Both the position numbers and the translations under genes were made by a program. A stretch of DNA of 50,011 bases. It comes from an uncultured Acetobacteraceae bacterium. Lineage in GTDB: Bacteria > Cyanobacteriota > Cyanobacteriia > Cyanobacteriales > Nostocaceae. Shown here piece by piece: positions 30,141 through 38,798 of the stretch. The notes beneath the pieces were generated by a model. That model did not search any database, was not told where the DNA came from, and saw nothing but the letters and a program-made list of their open reading frames with translations. The stretch spans positions 1 to 50,011 of the forward strand of contig CAZZZY010000001.1 in assembly GCA_964658545.1 (NCBI GenBank). Reading direction: 5' to 3'. Position 1 is the stretch's first letter; each line of letters begins with the position of its first letter.

Positions 30141-30218
30141 TGGTACTCCTGACGGGAGTTGAACCCGTACACAGACTGTTTTTGAAACAACCGCCTCTTC
30201 CAATTGGGCTACAGGAGT
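30141..30218 (-). tRNA. trnL: tRNA-Leu(CAA), short variable loop
   Basis: Loop TTCAAAA; weak anticodon stem; CCA encoded. Confidence 0.75.
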
Positions 30219-30227
30219 ATACATAGG

Positions 30228-30301
30228 CTGGGAAGGAAGGAATCGAACCCTCAAACTTCGCATTCAAAGTGCGACGGCTTTGCCTGTTTGCCTACTTCCC
30301 A
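30228..30301 (-). tRNA. trnQ: tRNA-Gln(TTG)
   Basis: Loop CTTTGAA; U1-A72; G73. Confidence 0.85.
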
Positions 30302-30306
30302 ATAAA

Positions 30307-30381
<75 letters not shown>

Positions 30382-30389
30382 ATGTGCCA

Positions 30390-30465
30390 GTCCCCCAGAT
30401 CCGGATTGAACGGATGACCTCCTGTTCTTCAGACAGGCGCTACTACCAACTGAGCTACCGGGGGA
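30390..30465 (-). tRNA. trnF: tRNA-Phe(GAA)
   Basis: Loop CTGAAGA. Confidence 0.82.
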
Positions 30466-30470
30466 TAAGG

Positions 30471-30544
30471 CGAGAACGGAGAGACTTGAACTCTCAATCT
30501 TCAGTTTCGTAATCTGAGATGTTATCCAGTTACACCACGTTCTC
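30471..30544 (-). tRNA. trnR: tRNA-Arg(ACG)
   Basis: Loop TTACGAA. Confidence 0.82.
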
Positions 30545-30550
30545 ATAAGG

Positions 30551-30638
30551 CGGAGAGAGAGGGAGTTGAACCCACAGTGAGATGATGAATCTCACAACTG
30601 TTTAGCAAACAGCTTGCCCTGCCAATAGCAATCTCTCC
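30551..30638 (-). tRNA. trnS: tRNA-Ser(GCT)
   Basis: Loop TTGCTAA; long variable arm; G73. Confidence 0.85.
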
Positions 30639-30642
30639 ATAA

Positions 30643-30724
30643 TGGGCCGGGCTGGAATTGAACCAGCAACACTGAACGCGGCGGTTTTACAGACCGTTAC
30701 CTACACCAATAGGTGAGCCGACCC
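30643..30724 (-). tRNA. trnY: tRNA-Tyr(GTA)
   Basis: Loop CTGTAAA; extended variable region. Confidence 0.85.
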
Positions 30725-30730
30725 AAAAGG

Positions 30731-30804
30731 TAGTGCAGACGGGACTTGAACCCGCTAATTACACGCTTGAAAGACGTGCCGCTCGGCCACTTCGCTTCTG
30801 CACC
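30731..30804 (-). tRNA. trnE: tRNA-Glu(TTC)
   Basis: Loop CTTTCAA. Confidence 0.8.
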
Positions 30805-30835
30805 ATGTATACCGTGTAAGTTAAAAAAGCTGTTG

Positions 30836-30906
<71 letters not shown>

Positions 30907-30931
30907 AGCTTTTTCGGTCAGGACACGGCAA

Positions 30932-31002
30932 CGCACAGACTAGGATTTGAACCCAGAACAACAGTTTTGGAGACTGTGGTGTTGCCGTTACACCATCTGT
31001 GC
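30932..31002 (-). tRNA. trnW: tRNA-Trp(CCA)
   Basis: Loop CTCCAAA; G73. Confidence 0.85.
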
Positions 31003-31005
31003 ATT

Positions 31006-31080
31006 TGGTCGCAGTGGTGGGAGTTGAACCCACATCGACCAAGTTATGAGCTTGGAGCTTTGCTATTAAGCTACACTGCA
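31006..31080 (-). tRNA. tRNA with CAT anticodon (elongator Met or Ile2)
   Basis: Loop CTCATAA; CCA encoded. Confidence 0.82.
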
Positions 31081-31085
31081 ATATT

Positions 31086-31161
31086 TGGAGTCCAGGGTGG
31101 GATTTCAACCCACGATTGTCGGTGTTGCAAGCCGATGCCTTAAACACTTGGCGACCTGGAC
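31086..31161 (-). tRNA. trnC: tRNA-Cys(GCA)
   Basis: Loop TTGCAAC; U73; CCA encoded. Confidence 0.8.
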
Positions 31162-31165
31162 AATT

Positions 31166-31242
31166 TGGAAGCCTTGACGGGAGTTGCACCCGCTTCTCCT
31201 TGACTGAGAATCAAAGCGACTTGTCTATTTGTCCACAAGGCT
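31166..31242 (-). tRNA. trnE: tRNA-Glu(CTC)
   Basis: Loop TTCTCAG; T loop TGCAACT; CCA encoded. Confidence 0.75.
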
Positions 31243-31245
31243 ACA

Positions 31246-31321
31246 CGGGGATGATGAGATTTGAACTCACGATCTTTCGCTCGACAGGCGACTGCTTTAA
31301 ACCGGACTAAGCTACACCCCC
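31246..31321 (-). tRNA. trnD: tRNA-Asp(GTC), first gene of the array
   Basis: Loop CTGTCGA; G73. Confidence 0.85.
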
Positions 31322-31387
31322 ACGTTGGATGGCAATTATTTAATTTTCAAGGTTCAGAAGTGTTTGCGCTATGCCTTTTTGAGAGGC

Positions 31388-31448
31388 TGTAGTGCTTTAC
31401 TACATTTATACTACATAACGTATTACAAAATGTCAAGGGCATACTACA
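31388..31448 (-). promoter_or_regulatory. Sigma70-type promoter of the tRNA array with overlapping TGTAGTAT boxes
   Basis: TTGACA (31436-31431), 17 nt spacer, TAGTAT (31413-31408); ATACTACA on + at 31408 and 31441, variants at 31397 and 31420. Confidence 0.7.
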
Positions 31449-31523
31449 AACTTTTTAAAAGAACTGAGAGGGCAGTGTTACGTAATCGAGCTTATTGCCC
31501 TCTCTGACTAGGTTTGAAGGTAA

Positions 31524-32060
31524 TTACTCGTTCTCACTCAGGCGTTGTGCGTTCCAAAACTGTTCGGCAAACGCAATTGCTGGGTGAATTGGGGCTTTAG
31601 GCTTGCTTTTGAGTACCATTCCAGCTTCATGGGGTAAGCGATCGCTCTTTGTAGAGTTACAACGCTCACAAGCTGTCACAACGTTGTCCCAGGTATGTTG
31701 TCCACCTTTTGAACGGGGAATTACATGGTCAAGCGTTAGATGCTTGGTGTTACCACAGTATTGACAGGCGTGATTATCGCGTCTCAAAACCTCACGACGG
31801 TTGACAGGCGGGACTTTCCAATGCCGTTCCGGATTACCAACAGTCAAGCGAATGTGTTCAGGTACTTGTAGTACGACGCTGGGCGATCGCACTTCCCACT
31901 GCTTTGTAGTACCAAAATTCACTGATTCTGCTTGACCTGTGACTAACAGCACGATTGCTCGTTTGATGTTGATGCGTGCTAGTGGTAAGTAGTTCTTGGA
32001 GAAAACCACAACTGAATTTTGTAATATGTGTGGTTGCCCAAAAGGTGGTTGAGCTTCCAT
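31524..32060 (-). CDS. HNH endonuclease (McrA-like, tRNA-array associated)
   Basis: RRDNHACQYCG..LTLDHVIPRSKGGQHTWDNVVTACERCNSTK; AGGAG RBS. Confidence 0.92.
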   Translation of the reverse strand: MEAQPPFGQPHILQNSVVVFSKNYLPLARINIKRAIVLLVTGQAESVNFGTTKQWEVRSPSVVLQVPEHIRLTVGNPERHWKVPPVNRREVLRRDNHACQYCGNTKHLTLDHVIPRSKGGQHTWDNVVTACERCNSTKSDRLPHEAGMVLKSKPKAPIHPAIAFAEQFWNAQRLSENE

Positions 32061-32076
32061 AAGTTAATTCACTCCT

Positions 32077-32116
32077 AAAAAAATAACCCCCGCCTCTGGT
32101 TATCAGGTGCGGGGGT
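32077..32116 (-). terminator. Intrinsic terminator directly upstream of the HNH RBS
   Basis: ACCCCCGCACCTG-ATAA-CCAGAGGCGGGGGTT followed by a T7 run. Confidence 0.7.
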
Positions 32117-32388
32117 CACGTAGTTGATACTTTTTGACCTATATCGGTGCTAGAAAACACTTGCACCTCCCGCTTTGGATAAGTTGATCTAGATTCAGCC
32201 ATCCGGTAATCGCTTCAAAAATACTTTCACGCTGCAATTTACTGCCGACAAAACAATACATTTCCTCAAACGCAAACAGCGCGAATACTCTGCCTAAACC
32301 CTTGTTGGGTCGGCAATGTATCACGCTGCTAATGGTTGAGGAGAATCTGCTTATCATTGAAGGTTTGTAGTATTTGTAATTGGGACTT
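32077..32388 (-). ncRNA. Putative structured leader / attenuator RNA
   Basis: Lies between a promoter (TAGACA 32423-32418, 17 nt, TATTAT 32400-32395) and the terminator; contains a long nested hairpin at 32263-32342. Confidence 0.5.
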
Positions 32389-32842
32389 ATATCAATAATA
32401 CAGTTGTAGTATGCGATTGTCTACTGCCCTCTGATCCAGCCTGTGGTTTTGGTGCATTTTTCCTGAAAGGATCACTTTTTCTAGACTCAAAAGCAAAGGC
32501 GATCCAGTCTATGGTTGCGATCGCCTTTGTTCAGATGCGTACTTGGATGTAGAAGAGTTGGGTAATGTTTTTGAGAGTTTATGGATGGACTCTCAGGGAA
32601 CTCTAATTTTTTAACTCTGGGAATAACAGCTACATCTGTCAAGTTGACAGAGTTACTAAGTGTGGTGAGTAGTGGTGACACTACTTCTTGGTAGAAGATG
32701 CCCAGTTTCTTCAACCGCAAAAATTCCACACTTAGACATTGTAAACAGAGTGTTAATTACACCTGTTACTAAAGCTGGCTTGGCAGTTTCCAAGGCCACC
32801 AAGCCAGCAATTCAACAAAAACTAAAGCAAAAGGTTACTGCA

Positions 32843-32995
32843 ATGAATAGAAACACTAGAAACTTACAACTTAATGATAAGTCAAAGCACCGGAGAGGTT
32901 TTCTTTGGAGGCTTCGACAGCTATGTAGGTTTTGGCATCCCATCTTAGGGGCTGTCATAGCGATCGCTTCTCTAATGAAGTTGCTGTTTCACTAA
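32843..32995 (+). CDS. Small basic/hydrophobic protein (50 aa)
   Basis: MNRNTRNL..FWHPILGAVIAIASLMKLLFH; AAGG upstream; downstream hairpin TATCTGGCGGA/TCCGCCAGATA. Confidence 0.5.
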   Translation: MNRNTRNLQLNDKSKHRRGFLWRLRQLCRFWHPILGAVIAIASLMKLLFH

Positions 32996-33159
32996 CAGGC
33001 GATCGTCTTATCTGGCGGATTCCGCCAGATACCTCAATGGATGCGTAGCTTGCCGCCGTAGGCATCGCTCAAAAAAACTCATCAAAAAGGCGATCGCACT
33101 GGATCGCCTTTTCTTCTAAGAAACTGATCCCTTTCCCTGCCTGGACAAGGTAAATCTGA

Positions 33160-33420
33160 TAACCTTGGCAGCCGCTGTTCCCGCAAATAACTATACTTTG
33201 GCTCAAGAAATATTACGCGGTGTAGCACAGGCACAGCATGAGTTTAATGACAATGGCTTAAATGGTCGATTATTGGAAAGCGGAATATGCCTTCAAGACG
33301 TTCAAGTTAACAAAAGTAGTGATTTTCTCTAATCCTGATGATTCATACAGTTTTACTATCACAGGAGAAGTTAGTTAGCGTACAGCTACTAGTTATGACG
33401 CTACTCAAGCTTTTATTTGT
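33160..33420 (+). pseudogene. Remnant of an ABC transporter substrate-binding protein
   Basis: Fragments TLAAAVPANNYTLAQEILRGVAQAQHEFNDNGLNGRLLE and ATSYDATQAFI without an intact ORF; family recognised from memory. Confidence 0.5.
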
Positions 33421-33770
33421 ACATGAATACTTGAGTGTTCATTTCCCTCCTATGAGGTGATGGAAGAGATTTAGCCAAAAACAACTGCGATCGCCTGTTT
33501 TATGGACTCAATCCTGACAAAAATTTTTGTGAGAACTCTATTGCTGGGAATAACAGTTAAGCCAAGTTGACAAAGTTAGTAAAGGAGGTGGTGATACTCA
33601 AAAAACAAAAACCCCATAACAGCAGAGGTGGGAATTTTAGTTTTAGAAGGAGGTGGTTATCTTTGCTCACTAAACGCTCTTTTTCATCCTGTTACATCAG
33701 TTAAAGCTGGTCTGGCGGCCTCGGAAACTACCAAACCAGCATCAAACAAAACTATTTCAAAGGTAAAAGT

Positions 33771-33950
33771 ATGTTTACACCAAAACAGTCTCATCATAAG
33801 TCAACTGCCATCATCATTGTTGGTGGTCTAGTTGCTCTAGGTGCGCTTTGGGTTGTGGGGTCTTCCAATTGTGGAAGTTCTTTAGACTTCAACCTGTTAC
33901 CGTCTCCTAATGTTCAAGTTAAAAAGGAGGCTTGTTTACCAGTTAAATAA
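33771..33950 (+). CDS. Small single-TM protein (59 aa; not in the ORF track)
   Basis: MFTPKQSHHKSTAIIIVGGLVALGALWVVGSSNCG..ACLPVK; AAGG upstream. Confidence 0.55.
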   Translation: MFTPKQSHHKSTAIIIVGGLVALGALWVVGSSNCGSSLDFNLLPSPNVQVKKEACLPVK

Positions 33951-34285
33951 CTAATGTAGGCGATCCAGTTATGCTAACTGCGATCGCCTTTATCCTCCAA
34001 GAAAATAGTTAGTTGAGTGCAGCAGCGATCGCCCTTCATCCTCTAAGAAAAAGTTCTAATTTTCTGGAACTTTCAATCTAGGCGGTGTAGTCCTAATCAG
34101 AAAAGCGACTTATAAATAACTTCTATAAATAGCCCTTGGGGAATATAACCCCATCCAAAGCCCAGTCACGACGACCGGGTTTTTTGGTTTTGAAGCGATG
34201 TGAAAAGCGGGCTGTGACGCTCGACGACTCGGTTTAGCTTCTCTACCAGACGCTACTCGCGTTCGCTATCGGTGACGCTTTGACG

Positions 34286-34474
34286 TTATTCTTCATTATT
34301 GCCGTATGTCACACAAGGACTATCAATTACAATTGCACTTTGGAATGAATTACAGAAAATGACGGTAGAACAATTAACCCCAAATTCTTCTGGGTGAATG
34401 CACTCTATCGCTCCTTCTACTAAGGCATGGAAAGCACAATCATTGCAGATAGTCTGACATTCGCCCACTGTCAT
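34286..34474 (-). CDS. Small Cys-rich hypothetical protein
   Basis: 62 aa with 7 Cys; GAGGAG RBS. Confidence 0.55.
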   Translation of the reverse strand: MTVGECQTICNDCAFHALVEGAIECIHPEEFGVNCSTVIFCNSFQSAIVIDSPCVTYGNNEE

Positions 34475-34518
34475 TGCTCCTCTATTAAATTAGAACAAGT
34501 AATGACTTAATTATCCAA

Positions 34519-35604
34519 TCAAAACCTCGGCAGCACTGTACCCGTGCCCGCGTCTTTCTTCGTGCGGACATAAGCCTTTGTTGTATCGGTTTTACTGTGC
34601 CCCAACTGGTTTTGCACCTCAAAAACATTTTTATGCTCGACTGCTCTTGTCGCGTGAGAATGGCGTAACCAGTGACATGAAAACTTCACCTTTGCCACCT
34701 CGGAGATATCCTGAATCAACCTTTTTATTGCCCGATCGCTCAACGGCAACCCCTTTTTTGCTGGGTCAGGTGACATATTCGCAAACACGGGCATCTTATC
34801 ACTAGCCATCCCCCGGTACTTTTTGAAAACGAGCGAAGTCTGATGGTCTAAGCCAATCTCGCGGTACTTGCCACCTTTGCCTCGGAACTTAATCGTATAG
34901 TATCCCCGGTTTCTATCCTCTGGTGTCGGGTCGGGATACCACTGGAAATTATGCCAATATAACCCCGGATAATCTTCCTTGGGTTGGCCCGGTTCATCAC
35001 CCGGAACCGTCACGCGACCCACTTCACCAACCCGCATCCCACTGTAAAAAATCAAACTAAAAACTAGCCAATACTTACCCCCCAACTGCTTGGCTGCATC
35101 AGCTAGCTTCTTCATCTCGAAATCTTCTAGATATCGCTCTGCCTTCGGTAAATTACTGAAATTGTCGTAATTTATACTACTTGCAATATTCCGCAAAAAA
35201 TAGCCAATACTCTCCCCACTCCCATAACTCCAGAGCGATCGCAATATCAGCACTCGGTTACTTTTAGTATAAGGGGAAACCTCACCCCAGGAAGCAATAA
35301 ATTCTAGTAACAATGGTTGCTGTAGCAATCTTAAATCAGGTATACCTTGATTCCGTACCCAATCAAGCAATTTTTGACCAAATCGGTAGTATTTTCGTTT
35401 AGTTTGTTCGCGGTTTTGGCTTCCAGCCCAAGCCAAAATTAACTCCTCATCATTACCCACCGCAGGCGTGCGGTAATAATATTGCCGAATTACCTCCTCT
35501 ACCAATTCTGGAGTTACTTGAGCATTAGTGTTTTTAATTACACTTGGTTGGGGAGTAGCAGGCAGAATTTCTACAGAGCCAATCTCAATATTAGTAACAT
35601 CCAT
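34519..35604 (-). CDS. Tyrosine recombinase/integrase (plasmid resolvase-like)
   Basis: YSGMRVGE, GKGGKYR, HWLRHSHAT, QLGH and TKAY catalytic motifs; start chosen at MDVTNIE. Confidence 0.9.
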   Translation of the reverse strand: MDVTNIEIGSVEILPATPQPSVIKNTNAQVTPELVEEVIRQYYYRTPAVGNDEELILAWAGSQNREQTKRKYYRFGQKLLDWVRNQGIPDLRLLQQPLLLEFIASWGEVSPYTKSNRVLILRSLWSYGSGESIGYFLRNIASSINYDNFSNLPKAERYLEDFEMKKLADAAKQLGGKYWLVFSLIFYSGMRVGEVGRVTVPGDEPGQPKEDYPGLYWHNFQWYPDPTPEDRNRGYYTIKFRGKGGKYREIGLDHQTSLVFKKYRGMASDKMPVFANMSPDPAKKGLPLSDRAIKRLIQDISEVAKVKFSCHWLRHSHATRAVEHKNVFEVQNQLGHSKTDTTKAYVRTKKDAGTGTVLPRF

Positions 35605-35888
35605 CTGGTCTTTAGGGTTACGCGACCATAAAAATATAGCTTCCTGGAAGTGCTGTTTCAGGAAGCTTTTATATTCTACGACAGCGCAGTGAATATACTG
35701 CCCGCACTCTTCGTTAATAATTCCAAAAGCCTGCACAAAAGTAGCAAGATCCCTTCTAGGGTGAAAGACCCAAAACACGGCGGACGATTCCCGAACGGGT
35801 TTGTGCTTGAATCACCAATCCCTGATATGTTGATAGCATTGCTATCTACTTGATATCGATAGCTGTTGCTATCAATTGCGATATCACT

Positions 35889-36491
35889 ATGTCTGACGAG
35901 AACAAACCCAGCGAGATGATCCGCGTACCCACTCCCCTGATTCCAGCAGTTAGGGAGTTATCCCGGCTGCACCGACAAGGACGAACAAGCGAGTTGCTTC
36001 ACTCTTTGGATGAATTAATACTGGCGTTGGACAGTAACAGTAGAAGCGCCAACCCTACTTCCCAAACGATATTAGCTATTTGCGAACGACTGGATAAGCT
36101 GGAATCACAGAACTTCGGTGAATCTAATAGCAACGAAACTGGAGCAATCCATAATCTCGCCGATTTAGAACAAAAAATTGAGGGGATGACAGCCCGAATG
36201 ACACAGTTTACCGAGGCGATTATTAAAATTCAAAATCATCTCAACAACCAACCAAGGCGGCAGAAGAAATCGTACTACAACAATTCATCCTATCAAGGGC
36301 ATACTCCGCGAATCCAACCATTAACGGAAGAAGGTTTAGCTTCAAGACTTGGTTTAACGATAGAAACTATACGTGAACAGCGAATTAATCTGCATCCACC
36401 GCTTTTTGTGGCATGGTGCAAGGGCAAGGATAGATCAGGTATGGGCTGGGAATTTAACGAAAATACGGGGTTATATCATCCGGCAAGTTAA
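35889..36491 (+). CDS. Hypothetical plasmid protein (coiled coil, possible DNA-binding C-terminus)
   Basis: MSDENKPSEMIRVPTPL..; GATAGC/GCTATC repeats upstream at 35830-35886. Confidence 0.7.
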   Translation: MSDENKPSEMIRVPTPLIPAVRELSRLHRQGRTSELLHSLDELILALDSNSRSANPTSQTILAICERLDKLESQNFGESNSNETGAIHNLADLEQKIEGMTARMTQFTEAIIKIQNHLNNQPRRQKKSYYNNSSYQGHTPRIQPLTEEGLASRLGLTIETIREQRINLHPPLFVAWCKGKDRSGMGWEFNENTGLYHPAS

Positions 36492-36581
36492 ACGCTCTTT
36501 GAACAACTTTCGACCCTGCCTGCTCCGGAGTGCTACCACACCGCAATGGAAGTACGAAATTCGACAAGTGATCTCTTTTCT

Positions 36582-36986
36582 ATGACTAGCACCAATTCAG
36601 AAATTGTTGAGCAGCTAAAACGTGCATCCGATGGTTTACTGTTCATGAGTGAGTCGGAATATCCATTTGAGGTTTTTCTTTGGGAAGGTATTGCACCTGC
36701 GACACCTGAAAAAGTTGTACAACAGACACATCATTCACAAGATACACCCGTTGAAATCGTGGGGGTTGACGATTTTTTCAAAGTAGCTACGACTCCTGAA
36801 GATTGGCACGGCGAAGAAGAGAAAGCAAGCGTCAACAAATTTCAAGCTCTTGTGCAAACACTGAAAGAAAACCTGAGCAATTTGCAGGTGTATCGCCTCG
36901 GACACAAAGAGGTTAATGTTTATATTGTTGGTCAAACCCTGGCAGGAAATTTAGCGGGTATTTCCACTCTTGTTGTAGAAACTTGA
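36582..36986 (+). CDS. nuiA: Nuclease A inhibitor
   Basis: DGLLFMSESEYPFEVF and C-terminal VVET; convergent with nucA. Confidence 0.92.
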   Translation: MTSTNSEIVEQLKRASDGLLFMSESEYPFEVFLWEGIAPATPEKVVQQTHHSQDTPVEIVGVDDFFKVATTPEDWHGEEEKASVNKFQALVQTLKENLSNLQVYRLGHKEVNVYIVGQTLAGNLAGISTLVVET

Positions 36987-36991
36987 CTTGC

Positions 36992-37819
36992 TTAAGGACT
37001 ATCTACTTTGCTTTCAATAACTTCCTGAATATTTGGGGAAACATTAGAGAGAAAATCATAGCCTGTGAGTTTCTCTAATTCGTCAACACTGACCTTATAA
37101 GCTCTCCAGTCATTGTTGATTTCTTGTTCATTCGGTACGTTAACCGCGATGATCCGAGTACTGGCGGTAATACCGTCAAGTCCTGAGCCTGGGCTGTCTA
37201 AAACCACAATAATCTTCCAAGTTGATTTGGGAACTGTCACCTTACCCTTAAGAGGTTCGCCTTGGCCGCCAAAAGGCCCTGCAACAACATAAAGTTCTTT
37301 GCCAAGGCTTACCAGCTCTCGACAATAGTCTTCTAAATTCCCCCAAGTGTTGCGATTATTATCGGCACTTTGGGGCATCATGTTGGTCATTAGGAAAGTT
37401 GAGGAATTATCCTCTTTTGTCTTGGTGCGGTCTGCCGATGGCACAATATGTCCTCGGTCGTAACCACTCCCAGAGTACATAGAAGGAGTTACCCGCACCC
37501 AACCAGCAGGCAACGTGCCGTCCGGGCGGAAGTTATCCTGGCGCTCTGCTTTCCCTAGCCATGACTTGTTAAGCTGCCAGCTTGCCCAATTGGCAGTTCC
37601 TTGGCTTCGGTTGTAAGAGAGTGCATACTGATTTTTGACCATAAGGTAATTATCAGGCGTAAGCTTTGTTGGAGTTGCGCTGCTGGGATTTCCCAGGAGT
37701 AAATGCACGCTTATTGATGGGGAAAGTTCGGTGTTAGGTGGCACTTGGGATTGCGCTGGCGAACACCCAATCACAAGCGCAACCAAAGCCGCTACACCCC
37801 AAAAACGACGGTTTGGCAT
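36992..37819 (-). CDS. nucA: Sugar-non-specific secreted endonuclease NucA
   Basis: Signal/lipoprotein-like N-terminus; YDRGHIVPSADRT and TFLMTNMMPQ motifs. Confidence 0.93.
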   Translation of the reverse strand: MPNRRFWGVAALVALVIGCSPAQSQVPPNTELSPSISVHLLLGNPSSATPTKLTPDNYLMVKNQYALSYNRSQGTANWASWQLNKSWLGKAERQDNFRPDGTLPAGWVRVTPSMYSGSGYDRGHIVPSADRTKTKEDNSSTFLMTNMMPQSADNNRNTWGNLEDYCRELVSLGKELYVVAGPFGGQGEPLKGKVTVPKSTWKIIVVLDSPGSGLDGITASTRIIAVNVPNEQEINNDWRAYKVSVDELEKLTGYDFLSNVSPNIQEVIESKVDSP

Positions 37820-38291
37820 AAATTTCTGGACTTTTAAAGATTTATTTCACTTCAGCATTTCTGATTGTATTTTCAGACTGCCACTTAGTTTTGCCTTACT
37901 GCAAGACTTACAGTCGTTGATGGGTGGCCGCCGAGATACCTGCAATTTGAAAAATGGACTAGGTATCGTGACCCAGGCTCGCTTTGTTGGCGATTTAATG
38001 AAGATGATCGGTTATATCATCCTGTAACTTTGTAGGGTAGTCAACTTTAAAAAAAGTAATTATCCCCTTTCTACAAGTTTTTACTTAACTGCTTAAAACC
38101 CTTAATCATATAATTGGAGTTTTAAATATTCTCAAATTCTGTTTGAACCAGTCGGAGAGGTTATCCCCGACTTGGTTAGAAATTAATTAATCTACTGATG
38201 ATTGATGGTTATCTTATAGCGGATTATTATCTGATGATTGATTACTATCATTAGATGGTTTTGGTGCATCTTGAGATAATAACTACCTACC

Positions 38292-38780
38292 TCAAACATT
38301 CAAAACTCTCTCCCGTACCGCCCTAGCCGCAGCCGACGCTATTTCTTCCCAATCTTCATAATTCAAAACTTCATGTAATAAATCGCGCAAAACTTCATGA
38401 TTTTGGATATATTGCTCTGCATACAAATCTCTTCGTGCCAATATACCTTCTAATACAGGTATCGCTGTTGATAGGGGTGATTGCAAGCGAGATAGTAAAC
38501 GCGAGCGGGCAACTTGAAACGCAGCATCTTCCCCTACTCCTAAGTTGCGTTCAGCTAGTAAAAGTCGGATTTCACGGTTGAGGGACACCCGCAAACAAGT
38601 CAAACGAACTTTGAGAGCGGGATTTTTCAAGAAACCTACAAATACCTTTTCGCTACCCCAATCTAACCCAGCAGCTACGTCGCAATCAGATTTTTCCTCC
38701 GCTTGAATTGCTGCTTGCATCGATTCGCGATTAAATAATAGTTCAATTGCTTCAGAGACGCTGATGCTTTCTTCGTCCAT
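38292..38780 (-). CDS. Hypothetical protein downstream of the GNAT gene
   Basis: 162 aa ORF with GGGAGG RBS, 18 bp after the GNAT stop. Confidence 0.7.
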   Translation of the reverse strand: MDEESISVSEAIELLFNRESMQAAIQAEEKSDCDVAAGLDWGSEKVFVGFLKNPALKVRLTCLRVSLNREIRLLLAERNLGVGEDAAFQVARSRLLSRLQSPLSTAIPVLEGILARRDLYAEQYIQNHEVLRDLLHEVLNYEDWEEIASAAARAVRERVLNV

Positions 38781-38798
38781 ATCCCATCCCTCCCACTT

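Noticed and set aside
31524-32388. IscB/HEARO (OMEGA) system
   Set aside because: The HNH protein is only 178 aa and lacks PLMP and RuvC motifs.
34519-35604. Integron integrase
   Set aside because: I could not recognise the IntI-specific insertion or canonical attC RYYYAAC/GTTRRRY ends; treated as a generic tyrosine recombinase.
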